From assembly GCA_964609735.1 (NCBI GenBank), contig CAZSTE010000001.1, positions 5,052-69,051 on the forward strand: a stretch of DNA of 64,000 nt, in the 5' to 3' direction. Each line of letters opens with the position of its first letter. The stretch's first letter is position 1. Below, one piece after another: positions 18,426 through 31,462 of this stretch. The notes under the pieces were generated by a model. It saw only the letters and a list, made by a program, of their open reading frames with translations. It searched no databases and was not told the origin of the DNA. This stretch comes from an uncultured bacterium. Its GTDB lineage: Bacteria > Ratteibacteria > UBA8468 > B48-G9 > DTJG01. The position numbers and the translations under genes were made by a program.

Positions 18426-18725
18426 ATGGCAGAATTCAAAATAAAGCCGCTGGGCGACAGAGTGGTGGTAAAACCAATGGAGCCCGAAGAAAAAACAAAG
18501 GGAGGAATAATCCTGCCGGATACTGCAAAAGAAAAACCGCAGGAAGGCAAGATTGTCGCTGTTGGAAAGGGCCGTCTTGATGAAGAAGGAAAACATATTA
18601 AGATGGAAGTAAAAGTTGATGATATTGTTTTGTATGGGAAATATGCAGGAACAGAAATTACCGTTGATAACGAAACCTATATGATCCTCCGCGAGGAGGA
18701 CATCCTTGGTATTGTAATAAAATAA
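18426..18725 (+). CDS. groES: Co-chaperonin GroES
   Basis: 99 aa; [52 protein letters not shown]. Confidence 0.95.
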   Translation: MAEFKIKPLGDRVVVKPMEPEEKTKGGIILPDTAKEKPQEGKIVAVGKGRLDEEGKHIKMEVKVDDIVLYGKYAGTEITVDNETYMILREEDILGIVIK

Positions 18726-18740
18726 CAACAGGAGGAAAAT

Positions 18741-20366
18741 ATGGCCAAGCAGATGATTTTTGGTGAAGAAGCCCGAAGAGAAATGCTACGTGGAATGGAA
18801 ATAGTTGCTGAAGCGTTAAAACCCACACTCGGTCCAAAAGGAAGGTGCGCTGTTATTGAAAAGAAGTTTGGTTCGCCAACGGTTATCAATGATGGTGTAA
18901 CAATTGCAAAAGAGGTTGAGCTGGAAGAACCCTATCAGAACCTTGGCGCGCAATTGTTAAGAGAGGTTGCTTCCAAAACCAATGATATTGCCGGCGATGG
19001 AACCACAACAGCAACCCTTCTTGCCCTTTCAATTGCAAGAGAAGGTTTTAAAAATGTTGCAGCTGGCGCGAATCCTGTTCATTTAAGACATGGAATTGAA
19101 AAAGCCGCAAAGGCGGTTGTTGACAAGCTGAAGAAGATGAGCCAGCCCATAAAAGATAAGAATGAAATACAACAGGTTGCAGCGATTGCCGCAGCAAATG
19201 ATTCTGAGATTGGAAAGATAATCGCAGATGCTATGGAAAAGGTTGGGAATGAAGGAGTTATTACTGTCGAGGAAGCAAAAGGAACAGAGACAGAGCTTAA
19301 GGTCGTTGAAGGTATGCAGTTTGACCGCGGTTATCTATCCCCTTATTTTGTTACTGATTCTGAAAGAATGGAAGCAGTCCTTGAAGATGCATATATCCTT
19401 ATCCATGACAAAAAGATTTCAGCAATTAAGGATTTGCTTTCAATCCTTGAAAAAATCGCCCAGAGCGGAAGACCTCTTCTTATCATAGCGGAAGATGTTG
19501 AGGGTGAAGCCCTGGCCACGCTTGTTGTTAATAAACTCAGGGGAACCCTTGCATGCTGTGCCGTTAAAGCGCCAGGCTTCGGAGATAGAAGAAAGGCAAT
19601 GCTGGAGGATATTGGAATTTTAACAGGCGGCACTGTTATTGCGGAAGAGCTGGGAATGAAACTTGAAAATGTTGATATCAGCATGCTTGGCAGGGCAAAA
19701 AGAATCGTTGTTGATAAAGAAAACACAACCATTGTTGAAGGTGCTGGTAAGAAATCAGACATTGAAGGAAGAATAAATCAGATAAAAAAGGAAATTGAAA
19801 AATCAACCTCTGACTATGATAAGGAAAAACTTCAGGAACGGCTCGCAAAACTCGCTGGCGGTGTTGCTGTTGTTAATGTTGGAGCCCCAACTGAAGCAGA
19901 TATGAAAGAAAGAAAAGCCCGTGTTGAAGATGCATTAAGTGCTACAAGGGCCGCAGTGCAGGAAGGCATTATTCCTGGAGGAGGTGTGGCGTTGCTTAAA
20001 TGCCAGGCTGAGATAGACAAGGTTGAATTTGTTGATGAGGATGAAAAAACCGGCGGTAAGATTGTTTACAAGGCATTGGAAACGCCGTTGAGACAGATTG
20101 CAGAAAATTCAGGGATGGACGGAGCAGTTGTTGTTGATAAGGTAAAATCTTCTGGAAAAGACAGTTTTGGATTTAATGCTGAAAAAGACCAGTTTGAAGA
20201 CCTTGTCAAGGCCGGTATTATTGATCCAACAAAGGTTGCAAGGACCGCCCTTGAAAACGCGGTAAGTGTTGCAGCGTTGCTATTGACAACAGAAACCCTT
20301 ATAACTGAAAAACCGGAAAAGAAAGAAAAAATGCCTCCGGCTCCACCGGCATATCCTGAATATTAA
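18741..20366 (+). CDS. groEL: Chaperonin GroEL
   Basis: 541 aa with the canonical GroEL sequence ([12 protein letters not shown]). The C-terminus is [10 protein letters not shown] and lacks the GGM repeat. Confidence 0.97.
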   Translation: MAKQMIFGEEARREMLRGMEIVAEALKPTLGPKGRCAVIEKKFGSPTVINDGVTIAKEVELEEPYQNLGAQLLREVASKTNDIAGDGTTTATLLALSIAREGFKNVAAGANPVHLRHGIEKAAKAVVDKLKKMSQPIKDKNEIQQVAAIAAANDSEIGKIIADAMEKVGNEGVITVEEAKGTETELKVVEGMQFDRGYLSPYFVTDSERMEAVLEDAYILIHDKKISAIKDLLSILEKIAQSGRPLLIIAEDVEGEALATLVVNKLRGTLACCAVKAPGFGDRRKAMLEDIGILTGGTVIAEELGMKLENVDISMLGRAKRIVVDKENTTIVEGAGKKSDIEGRINQIKKEIEKSTSDYDKEKLQERLAKLAGGVAVVNVGAPTEADMKERKARVEDALSATRAAVQEGIIPGGGVALLKCQAEIDKVEFVDEDEKTGGKIVYKALETPLRQIAENSGMDGAVVVDKVKSSGKDSFGFNAEKDQFEDLVKAGIIDPTKVARTALENAVSVAALLLTTETLITEKPEKKEKMPPAPPAYPEY

Positions 20367-20377
20367 TAAGCACATTC

Positions 20378-20410
20378 AAGGCCCCGCCTGCAGGCGGGGC
20401 CTTGCCTTTT
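20378..20410 (+). terminator. Rho-independent terminator of groESL
   Basis: Perfect 11-bp GC-rich stem AAGGCCCCGCC / GGCGGGGCCTT with a tgca loop, followed by gccTTTTcc. It starts 12 nt after the groEL stop. Confidence 0.6.
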
Positions 20411-20686
20411 CCTATGGAACGATGGCATTATATGATAAGGGGAAATGTTCAAGGTGTTGGATTTCGCTGGTATGCAACAGATATAGCAAGAAAATGCCGG
20501 GTATACGGCTGGGTGAAGAATCTACCTGATGGGGCAGTGGAAATTGTTGCAGAGGCTGAGTCAAATGTTCTTGAGTCCTTTACAGAAAAAATAAAAACCG
20601 GTTATCTCGGTTCAAATATTTCCTCTATGGATATTAAAAAAGAGCCGGCCACAGGAGAATTTAGCCAGTTTCAGATTTTGTTTTGA
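20402..20686 (+). CDS. acyP: Acylphosphatase
   Basis: IRGNVQGVGFRWYA and GWVKNLPDGAVE acylphosphatase signature motifs. The true start may be MERW at about 20414. Confidence 0.8.
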   Translation: MPFPMERWHYMIRGNVQGVGFRWYATDIARKCRVYGWVKNLPDGAVEIVAEAESNVLESFTEKIKTGYLGSNISSMDIKKEPATGEFSQFQILF

Positions 20687-20698
20687 AATAGGGTTATT

Positions 20699-21094
20699 AT
20701 GCCGGAAAAACAAAAGCAATATAAGGATTTGGCAAAAGCAGGACTGGATGAAAAACTTCCTGAAATTTCGTGGTTTACAAATCTTCATAAAAATTACACA
20801 ATCACAATAGTCATACCTGAATACACCTCGGTTTGTCCTAAATCAGGGAACCCTGATTTTGGCAAAATAACGATTCAGTATCAACCAAAAGAAAGAATTA
20901 TTGAATTAAAGTCCCTTAAAGAGTATATTTTTTCTTATAGGAATCTTGGAATATTTTATGAAAATGCGGTTAACCGCATTCTGAAAGACATTGTTTCTTC
21001 AATAAAGCCTATCTGGATTTCTGTAAAAGGTGAATTTACACCACGCGGGGGTATTTGTTCAATTGTTGAAAGTCGCTGGCCTGTAAAGAAATAA
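20699..21094 (+). CDS. queF: NADPH-dependent 7-cyano-7-deazaguanine reductase (unimodular QueF)
   Basis: 131 aa with the QueF motif EYTSVCPKSGNPDFG and a C-terminal GEFTPRGGI. Confidence 0.85.
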   Translation: MPEKQKQYKDLAKAGLDEKLPEISWFTNLHKNYTITIVIPEYTSVCPKSGNPDFGKITIQYQPKERIIELKSLKEYIFSYRNLGIFYENAVNRILKDIVSSIKPIWISVKGEFTPRGGICSIVESRWPVKK

Positions 21095-21146
21095 ACCAAC
21101 ATGAGCAATTTCAGCCATAAAAATAATATGACAAACAGGCATCATC

Positions 21147-21947
21147 TTATTGATTTAGATATTCTTTTAACACCCTGATATCATGGGGAAGTACAACATC
21201 TGCTGGCCATGCGGCAATGTATTCGCCTGAAAGATAACCCTGATAGTTTATGCCTTTTAACAAGTTAATTGCAATATTGTATGGAATTTCGCCTTTTCCC
21301 ATAAGTGCAAGTGTAACATTTCTTTTTTCATCGTATATTCCGTCGTGCACATGGCAGTGTTCTATTAAACCATTAAGATGGTCAAATGCCTGTTGTATTG
21401 TCATGTTTTGCGTATAGGGATGCATAATGTCCCAGTTGATTTTAATAAATGGATTGTTGACAATTTTTACAGTTTTTGCTGCGATATCGGCTCTTGAAAA
21501 AAAATCATGTGTTTCAAGGCATACAAAAATCTGATTTTTTTCAGCATATTCAGAAATATCGCCAAGACACGTAGAAACAATGTTTATTACATCCTCTACC
21601 GACATTTCTCCATCAGGGCCTCCGCCAAAAACCCTTATTCTTTTTGTGCCAATATCACATGCCAGATCAATAAATGCCTTTGTCAAATCTGTGTTTTCTT
21701 TTCTTTTCTTCTCATCCGCAGAACAGTAACATATTGATGTGGCAAGACACGCGCACTCTATTCCGCTATCAGAAAACATGTTTTTTATTTCATTTCGCTG
21801 GGGTTGCGAGCAGCTAAGCTCGATACCATGGCGATGGTGTGCCTGAGCCCGTGGTTCAACGCCCTCATATCCATATTTTTCTGCATATCCTACCATTTCT
21901 TGAAGCGTTGCTTCAGGACAGGAAAAACTCATAAATGCAAATTTCAT
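21147..21947 (-). CDS. Sugar-phosphate isomerase/epimerase (xylose-isomerase-like TIM barrel)
   Basis: 266 aa; general similarity to AP-endonuclease-2 / xylose-isomerase-like TIM barrels (MKFAFMSF...GYEGVE...IRVFGGG). Confidence 0.65.
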   Translation of the reverse strand: MKFAFMSFSCPEATLQEMVGYAEKYGYEGVEPRAQAHHRHGIELSCSQPQRNEIKNMFSDSGIECACLATSICYCSADEKKRKENTDLTKAFIDLACDIGTKRIRVFGGGPDGEMSVEDVINIVSTCLGDISEYAEKNQIFVCLETHDFFSRADIAAKTVKIVNNPFIKINWDIMHPYTQNMTIQQAFDHLNGLIEHCHVHDGIYDEKRNVTLALMGKGEIPYNIAINLLKGINYQGYLSGEYIAAWPADVVLPHDIRVLKEYLNQ

Positions 21948-21986
21948 GTTTCCTCCTTGGTGGTGAATATGGAAACAGCTAACATG

Positions 21987-23954
21987 TTACCCAATCAGTA
22001 TTCCGCAAAAGGAATGTGAAGGTAAATCCCTGATGCGTATGGTTTTATTTTTTATTTCCGCTGATTTCCAAGATGTTTCAGGAATTTTAAGAATATGCAT
22101 CTCGGCATTTTTTGGGAGATCAAGTTTTTTTGTGTCTATCACAATTTCGCCGCTTATCTTTTTTGTATCGTGAAGATTTGTAACAATCAAAAGTGCCTTT
22201 CCTTTGTCTGATTGCCATAAAGCCGGAAACATCCAATATTCCTTGCAATACACTGCATCTGTTGGGCAGTAGGCGGGGTTGTGAAGTTTTATGATATTTC
22301 CAGGCAATTCCAGCATGGTATTCCACAATGGCTTTATATATGAAGATGCCCTTGAAAATGGAATATTGGGTTCCAATACAGGATGTCCTGTCATTCCCAA
22401 TGCAGCGCAGATTGCTGTTGCTTTTTTGCTGGAAAATTCAGCCCTGTCTTTAAGATTTCCCGCAATTAAATGCGCTCCTGAACAATCCAGGCATGAAAAA
22501 TATGCTGTGCTTTCAGGCTGTGTAAGAAGTTCATCATGTCGTATGGATAATTCCCCGCATAATGCGACATCAAGACAACTCTGGCTTAAACCAAAAGGAA
22601 ACCCTGTATGTCCAATGATTACCCCATATTTACCTACTCTTTTACGCATGGCTTTTAGGTACATAAAATATCCATATGAGGACCAATGAAGCAAACTGGT
22701 TTTTGTAAACCCCATGGCATGAGGAGAATTCCAGTCAGGATAAAATCCATCCCAATCTTTTTGCATATAATCCTCAAACCAGCTTTGGTACATCTGGTAT
22801 TGTTCACATCCCCTGATATATGTTAAAACCCGCATATTACGTTGATGGCATCTGTCAAGAAAAGCCCTGAACCATTTAGGATCCTTAACAACATAGTCAG
22901 CAGGCGGTTCACAATTTGTTCCTGGGTTTTTCATCCAGAATTGATGGATAATCATTACATTGGCTCCAAGATTTGCAACCTCGTCAACCCTTTTTATGTC
23001 AGGATTCCCGCAAAATAACTGTGGCGCCTGACATGCGACCTGTTTGATGGGCATCAAAATCCAGGGCCACTCCTTTCCAATAGTTGCATAAGGATACATA
23101 CAATGTGCCACCCTGCAGCCAAGCACATTATTTCTATAAACAGGGTCAACATTTTTTCCGCTTTGGGTTTTTGATGTGAGAAACAGCATGCCCCATTTGT
23201 TTCTGTACCTAATCGGTTCGTTCAATCTTATCTGCGCCTGATTTAATAAATGCCAGTGAAGCGCCCATTGGTTTCCTTCCTTTCCAGCACTGCTCATTGT
23301 ATATTCGCGGGGCGCATCATTAAACGATATCCATTCATCAAGAACAAATTCAATCTTGTTGCTAAAAAACTTTGTTTTTTCCCAGCCAAGGTCTATTGAA
23401 ACAAGGGGCCATAATTCTTTTTGAGAGATTGTTTCGTTCATCTGTTTATAAAGGTCAAGTCCATAAAAAACATGGGTTGTTGAATAATCCCTTTTATACC
23501 ATGGGTTTCTTGTAAAATAACCCCATCGCGCCGACCTGGCGGTTTCAACATCAAGAAAAACATTCATTGATATTTCATTAATCGTAAAACCCTTTTTTCT
23601 TTCTGTATCAATAACCTGTTCACAAAAGACGGCGCCTTCGCTAAATATCTCGTATGTTTGTGTGATTTTTATGGAATCATTTGCAAGACCTGCCTTATTC
23701 TGGATAACAATTTTTTCAGAATCAGCCGATTCAACAATAAGTTTTGATTTTACGTCCGATAGATTGTATATCCTATTGTTTACAATAAATCTCAAACCGC
23801 AGATTGTATGAGAATCTGAAAGAAGCGGATGTGATTCCATTTCATCCTTACAGAAAAAATCAACTATTTCGCCACCTCTGTTTGCATCCCATGTGAGCCG
23901 ACCTGACCCTGTTTCAACAGTAATTTTATTTCTTTCCCTGCGAATCGTTAACAT
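21987..23954 (-). CDS. Conserved hypothetical 655-aa protein with no signal peptide, possibly a glycoside-hydrolase-like TIM barrel
   Basis: Long ORF with a strong start context. The functional assignment is a guess from composition and Trp/Tyr-rich barrel-like segments only. Confidence 0.45.
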   Translation of the reverse strand: MLTIRRERNKITVETGSGRLTWDANRGGEIVDFFCKDEMESHPLLSDSHTICGLRFIVNNRIYNLSDVKSKLIVESADSEKIVIQNKAGLANDSIKITQTYEIFSEGAVFCEQVIDTERKKGFTINEISMNVFLDVETARSARWGYFTRNPWYKRDYSTTHVFYGLDLYKQMNETISQKELWPLVSIDLGWEKTKFFSNKIEFVLDEWISFNDAPREYTMSSAGKEGNQWALHWHLLNQAQIRLNEPIRYRNKWGMLFLTSKTQSGKNVDPVYRNNVLGCRVAHCMYPYATIGKEWPWILMPIKQVACQAPQLFCGNPDIKRVDEVANLGANVMIIHQFWMKNPGTNCEPPADYVVKDPKWFRAFLDRCHQRNMRVLTYIRGCEQYQMYQSWFEDYMQKDWDGFYPDWNSPHAMGFTKTSLLHWSSYGYFMYLKAMRKRVGKYGVIIGHTGFPFGLSQSCLDVALCGELSIRHDELLTQPESTAYFSCLDCSGAHLIAGNLKDRAEFSSKKATAICAALGMTGHPVLEPNIPFSRASSYIKPLWNTMLELPGNIIKLHNPAYCPTDAVYCKEYWMFPALWQSDKGKALLIVTNLHDTKKISGEIVIDTKKLDLPKNAEMHILKIPETSWKSAEIKNKTIRIRDLPSHSFCGILIG

Positions 23955-24029
23955 ATAAAAACTCCTTGGTAAATTTTTGGATTAATAAGGATTAAATTAA
24001 AAACGATGATACATCAAAACATTTAATAT

Positions 24030-24054
24030 GTCCAATATATTGGGCATATTGGAC
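24030..24054. promoter_or_regulatory. Nested palindrome GTCCAATAT-attgggc-ATATTGGAC containing the self-complementary CCAATATATTGG, a candidate operator
   Basis: Read directly in the 179-bp intergenic region about 75 bp upstream of the 655-aa gene start. Confidence 0.3.
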
Positions 24055-24133
24055 TGTTTAACAGTGTTGTAATAAGGTGTTATGATATTTTTTGGTTGCA
24101 TTGTGGAATATTCTCGTAAAAACAATCTTTTTA

Positions 24134-25105
24134 TCAGTCCTTCAAAACAATGTTGTCCATAAGTTCTTTATTGTTTATACACCAATCAATTGTTTTTTTA
24201 AGCCCTTCTTCAAGAGAAAAAACAGGCCTCCATCCAAGAATTTTATTTGCCTTTGAAATATCCGCCCAGGTTGCCTGCATATCGCACTGTGGCAATGGCT
24301 TGTTTGTAATTTTTGCGTTCTTTCCAAGGTATTTTTCTATCAGGGATATTGTTTCATTTATTGTGTAGGGATGATTCCCGCCAAGGTTGATTATTTCAAA
24401 TCCGACATTTTTCAATCCGAGAAGTGTTCCTCTTGCAATGTCTTCAACAAATGTAAAATCTCTGCTTTGATTTCCATCGCCATAAACAGGTATTTCTTTT
24501 TCTTCATTTATTAATTTTATAAACTTAAAGATGCTTAAATCAGGCCTGCCCGCAGGCCCATAAACGGTAAAATACCTGAAAATTGTAATATCCATTCCAT
24601 AAAGATAATGATATGTGTAACAGATAAGTTCTGCTGCTTTTTTTGAGGCTGCATAGGGTGATATGGGGGTGTTAACAGGAAGATTCTCAGAAAATGGCAT
24701 ATCCTGGCCGGCATACAGGGAGGAGGTTGAAGCAAGGATAAATTTTTTTATCTTGAAACGTTCAGCAAGCGCCAAAAGATTAAGATTTCCACAGACATTT
24801 GTTTCAAAATATATATGAGGATTTTCAATGCTTGCCCTCACGCCTGCCCGCGCTGCAAGATTAATAATTGCCTCAGGGCTTTTTTCAAAAAAAAGCTTTT
24901 CAAGTTCATTTTTGTTTCTAATGTCAATCTGCTTGAATTCAAAACCCCTGATTTTTTTCAGGTCATCAAGCCGCCATTGTTTTAACCTTATATCATAATA
25001 ATCATTGATATCATCAATTCCTATAACATCATACCCTGAGTTCAAAGCCATCTTTACCGTCTGCCAACCAATAAATCCAGCACATCCTGTTATAAGTAGT
25101 TTCAT
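24134..25105 (-). CDS. NAD-dependent nucleotide-sugar epimerase/dehydratase (GalE/UDP-glucuronate epimerase family)
   Basis: LITGCAGFIGWQ Rossmann motif and YAASK catalytic YxxxK. Confidence 0.85.
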   Translation of the reverse strand: MKLLITGCAGFIGWQTVKMALNSGYDVIGIDDINDYYDIRLKQWRLDDLKKIRGFEFKQIDIRNKNELEKLFFEKSPEAIINLAARAGVRASIENPHIYFETNVCGNLNLLALAERFKIKKFILASTSSLYAGQDMPFSENLPVNTPISPYAASKKAAELICYTYHYLYGMDITIFRYFTVYGPAGRPDLSIFKFIKLINEEKEIPVYGDGNQSRDFTFVEDIARGTLLGLKNVGFEIINLGGNHPYTINETISLIEKYLGKNAKITNKPLPQCDMQATWADISKANKILGWRPVFSLEEGLKKTIDWCINNKELMDNIVLKD

Positions 25106-26490
25106 TATAGGGTCACACCCATTCCATAATCCGCAATATCTGCTTTTATGGATTTTTTTTCATAAAGAATCTGTTTTAGCGTTTCAAGAGCGCCATCCTC
25201 GCCATGCACAAGAAATGTGTTGGAAGGCGTATTTTCCACTGGCGAAAGCCACCAGAGTATTTCATTCTGGTCAGCATGGGAGGAAAACCCATTAATCTGA
25301 ATAACATTTGCTTTTACTTCTCGATATTCTCCAAGAATTCTTACCTGTTTTTTGCCGCTTATAATTTCTTTGCCCAATGTCCCATTTGCTTGATAGCCAA
25401 TAAACATAATGGTGCTTTCTGGCCTGCTGATATTGGTGATAAGATGATGTTTTATTCTACCACCGGTGCACATTCCAGATCCGGCAATAATGATTACAGA
25501 ACCCTTTACATGATTAATGGATTTTGATTCTTCAACGCTTTCTGTTGGTCTGAGATGCGACATTTCAAAAGGATTATCATATTGGGTCTGCAGGGACGGG
25601 CTTAAAAAATCTATATATTGTTTGAAGACCTCTGTAATTCTGATTGCCATAGGGCTATCAAGAAATATCCATAGATGCGGAATTCGATCATGCGCGAGTA
25701 AATGTTTTAGACAATATAAGAATTCCTGGGTTCTTTCTATGGCAAAACTTGGAACAACAATATTGCCACCTTTATTTGCTGTTTCTGTGATGGTTTCTGC
25801 GATGGTTTCATACGCTAAAGAATCCGCTTCATGGATTCGGTTGCCATAGGTTGATTCCATCACAAGATGGTCAATATGTGAGAATCGTTCAGGTTCCGGC
25901 AGAACATGCCTGTTTGGTCTTCCAAGGTCTCCTGTAAAAACAAGATTTTGGCCGGAAATGATATCCCTAAATTCCAATATTGTTGAACCAAGAATATGCC
26001 CTGCATTATGACAGATGAGATTCAGGCCTTTTTCTATCTGAAAGGAATCATCATAAGGAATTTCTTCAAACCTGTCAAAAACATCATATGCCTGGTCTAT
26101 TGTAAAAAGAGGTACAACAGGATGTTCTGGAACAATCCCTGTGCGCTGGTGCCTTTGTATTTTCTTTTCTGAGTCCTCCTGATAAATCTTGGCTGCATCA
26201 AGAAGCACAATCTTTGTTATTTCAATTGTTGGCGCTGTGGCATAGATTTTGCCCTTAAATCCATCCCTTACAAGGCATGGGAGAAATCCGCAGTGGTCAA
26301 GATGCGCGTGCGTAAGAAATATCGCCTTAATAGTGGATGGTTCCACAGGAAATTTTTCCCAGTTTCTTGAAAGAAGCTGTCTTTCTTGATATATTCCGCA
26401 GTCAATAAGAAAATTTTTCTCATTATATGTGAGAAGATGCTTTGATCCTGTAACATTTCTGCTTGCGCCCAGGAATCTGATTGAAAACAT
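25105..26490 (-). CDS. MBL-fold metallo-hydrolase with a beta-CASP domain (RNA-metabolising CPSF/RNase J-like)
   Basis: 461 aa with HAHLDHCG metallo-beta-lactamase motif 2 and beta-CASP-like spacing. Its stop overlaps the epimerase start. Confidence 0.78.
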   Translation of the reverse strand: MFSIRFLGASRNVTGSKHLLTYNEKNFLIDCGIYQERQLLSRNWEKFPVEPSTIKAIFLTHAHLDHCGFLPCLVRDGFKGKIYATAPTIEITKIVLLDAAKIYQEDSEKKIQRHQRTGIVPEHPVVPLFTIDQAYDVFDRFEEIPYDDSFQIEKGLNLICHNAGHILGSTILEFRDIISGQNLVFTGDLGRPNRHVLPEPERFSHIDHLVMESTYGNRIHEADSLAYETIAETITETANKGGNIVVPSFAIERTQEFLYCLKHLLAHDRIPHLWIFLDSPMAIRITEVFKQYIDFLSPSLQTQYDNPFEMSHLRPTESVEESKSINHVKGSVIIIAGSGMCTGGRIKHHLITNISRPESTIMFIGYQANGTLGKEIISGKKQVRILGEYREVKANVIQINGFSSHADQNEILWWLSPVENTPSNTFLVHGEDGALETLKQILYEKKSIKADIADYGMGVTL

Positions 26491-26492
26491 TT

Positions 26493-29091
26493 TTATTTTT
26501 CCTTGAACATATCAACAAGTATTTCGCTATAAGGTTTTGATGGTTTGGATATTTGTCCTTTTTCATCAGCCCAGACAACCCAGTAGTAAAGTTTTATGCC
26601 CGGCCGCAATCCATATATATGCTCCCCACTTTTTGCGCCATTTGGGGTCATATTGATTGCGCCTCTTCCATCAGCATATGGTCCAACCCAGATAAAATAT
26701 CTGGATGCCTGTTTCATTTCCTTGAAATAAACAAAAACATTTGTTCCATCCGCACCCCAGGAAGGCGGTTGGAGTTTGATGATTGCGCTTGGTTCATAGA
26801 TACCGGTTTTCTGCATCTGGGCAATTGGATTTGGGAGATCCGGTATATCCTTTGGTTTTGGCATTTTTATTTTACTTAATGCGATTGCTTTTTCTATTGC
26901 GTCTTCAGGACATTTGTATTCAGCATACATCTTGCCAAAACATACAATATCAGAAGAAACAGGTTGGACATCATTCACATAAAGAATATGTGTTCTTTGT
27001 TCCACAATAATATTTTCAAGTTTCAATGGTAGATCAACAATCCCATCGCCATCCGCATAGCGCCACCATGTTGTTCCATATTTTCTGAAGTTATCATAGC
27101 CTTCATTGCCGGGTAGTTCAAATGTGATATATCTCCATCCATCAAAATTAAAATAACTCCAGGAATGAACATCATCGCAATTCCACTGGTCCTTTGTTCC
27201 GATGCTTAGCCATCGTTCACCCTTGGCATCTCTAAGACAATAAACAACTCTGCCCCAATCGCTTGCCCCCTTTACCCATAGTCCTATTGCTGATGGAGCG
27301 CCTGGAAGCATAACGGGATGACTTGGTTCAAGGATTGCATACCACGGCATAAGTTGATGAATTTTTTCCTGTTTTTCCAGTTTTGAAACAAGAATATTTC
27401 CAAAAATTTCATCTGTTTGGATTGAGGAAGTAAATCGTCCTTTATATCTAAATGTATCAAAATTATTGGTTTCATAAATCATGTTTCTGTTTTCACTATA
27501 TTTCCACGAGCCATCTCCTAAATCCGCAACAGGAATTGCATTTTCCGCAGGTTTTAAATCAGAATGGGTTGGAGTTCCGGCTTCAACATTTACAATCTCG
27601 TTTTTTGTTGCGATATAGGTTACAGATGAATCAATGATAATGGTAATCTTTTTATCAGTGGTGTTGAAAATGGTTGTATTATTCATAACATCGGTTACAG
27701 GTATTTCTCCGTCATGCGCGAATGTAAGCGAAACAGGTCTTTGGCCCCTTATCGTCCACAAGGTATAGATGTTTCCTTTTGTGCCTTTAAATTTTAGACA
27801 GAAGCTTGTAAGGGAACCTGTGGAAAGCCATTTTTCAAATGTGGCATTATTCAATTTATCAGTCATTGTTGCATATGCCGCGTATGCCGGTTTTGGATCG
27901 CAGTATGGAATTCTTCTGAATATGCCGCAACCACCATAGTGTTCGGCGCCATAATCATTGCCGCAATCAAACGCAAACCATCCAGAATAAAATTTTTTAA
28001 CCCCGTATGCCATGCTGATGAGCGTCCATCTATTGTAAATATCCATCTGTTCTTTCCAGGAGCATGCACCTATTTCTGTTGGAACAAAAATACCTTCACA
28101 ATATCGTAGGTCTGGTTCTGGAATTCCTGCCTTTTCGTATTCTTTTCGTAACTCATAAAGCCTGTGCACACTGATCTGATGAAGCTGTTGTTCGGGTAAT
28201 CTTTCAAATCCGCATATATCAAGTCCAGAGCCGTCTATCAGTTTTTTTGGGAATCCTGCCCGCAGAAGTGGAACAATAAAAAGCGGATCTCCCCACGGAA
28301 TCAAAATTTTTAATTCTGGCCAGGTTTCTCTGATTGCTTCCGCAGCGCATTTTGCTGTTACAAAATGCATCCTTATTCGTTTAATCTCATCATCTGTTGG
28401 TTGATATGGCTCTTCTCCCCAGTATTCCGGATAATTTCCGGCTGTCATTCTGTTGCTGATGGATGGCTCAGGAAAGAAAAAGACATTATCCGGTCTATAA
28501 TTTTCTGGAACAGCGTTACGGACCCTTGTGTATGTTTCAATAACCTTCTTTTTATAATCATCATACATCGTCTGGTTGTATGGTTGTTCCGCTGCCCATT
28601 CCTGTGGATTTACATCCCATGCGCCAGCAGGAATTCGTGCCCAATGGTTTTTCACGTATTCGTTGTTTTCCGCGCCCTGTGGCAAACCGATGCTTGTTCG
28701 TGCGCCAGCCATTGTCATCAAACGGATGTGATGGTCTGCTTTTGGAGTATAAAGCGCGCCATGATAACTCCAGTATCCAAAAAGTGTGGATTTGCCATCC
28801 CATTTTTCTGTTCTTGTATCCGGGGCGAGTAACACAAATGAACGGGTTTCACTCCATACATTATCATCTATTTGAAGACTTGCGATAATCTGATACCAGC
28901 CATAACGTTTTGCTGGGATGCTTAATTTAATGTTTTCAGAGTCTTGCTTTGCAACACGGATATCCTTTTCAATGACGATGTTATCTTGTTTATCATAACT
29001 TGCCGCTGAAAGCTTAAGTTTTCCGATTATGTCATTTTTCCAGCTTGAAATCCTCACCGTATAAGAGGGTGTTTCCGGGGATGTCCATACA
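26493..29091 (-). pseudogene. 3' fragment (codons ~489-1353) of the giant secreted-protein gene, truncated at the duplication junction with no start codon or signal peptide
   Basis: The translation is identical to the C-terminal 854 aa of ORF 57885..61946. The in-frame upstream sequence hits a TAA stop just beyond the junction. The track start is an internal GTG (Val in the full-length gene). Confidence 0.65.
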
Positions 29092-29133
29092 GTTTAAATC
29101 TGGCGTTTAAGTGGAACACTCTTTCCATGGGAT

Positions 29134-31453
<2,320 letters not shown>

Positions 31454-31462
31454 ATATTTTTA

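Larger units (their letters stand above)
1..29091. repeat. Copy 1 (5'-truncated by the window edge) of a ~31.4-kb tandem direct repeat. The same sequence recurs at 31393..60483.
   Basis: Every ORF translation in 71..29057 recurs at an offset of +31392. Nucleotide lines 1..60 and 31393..31452 match, as do 29041..29091 and 60433..60483. Identity ends at 29092 (g) versus 60484 (t). Confidence 0.9.

Noticed and set aside
29058-29133. Mobile-element signature (IS ends, target-site duplication, integrase) at the duplication breakpoint
   Set aside because: No inverted repeats, transposase or integrase ORFs appear near either visible boundary (29091/29092 or 60483/60484). The unit is housekeeping DNA, which points to recombination- or replication-based amplification, or to an assembly artefact.
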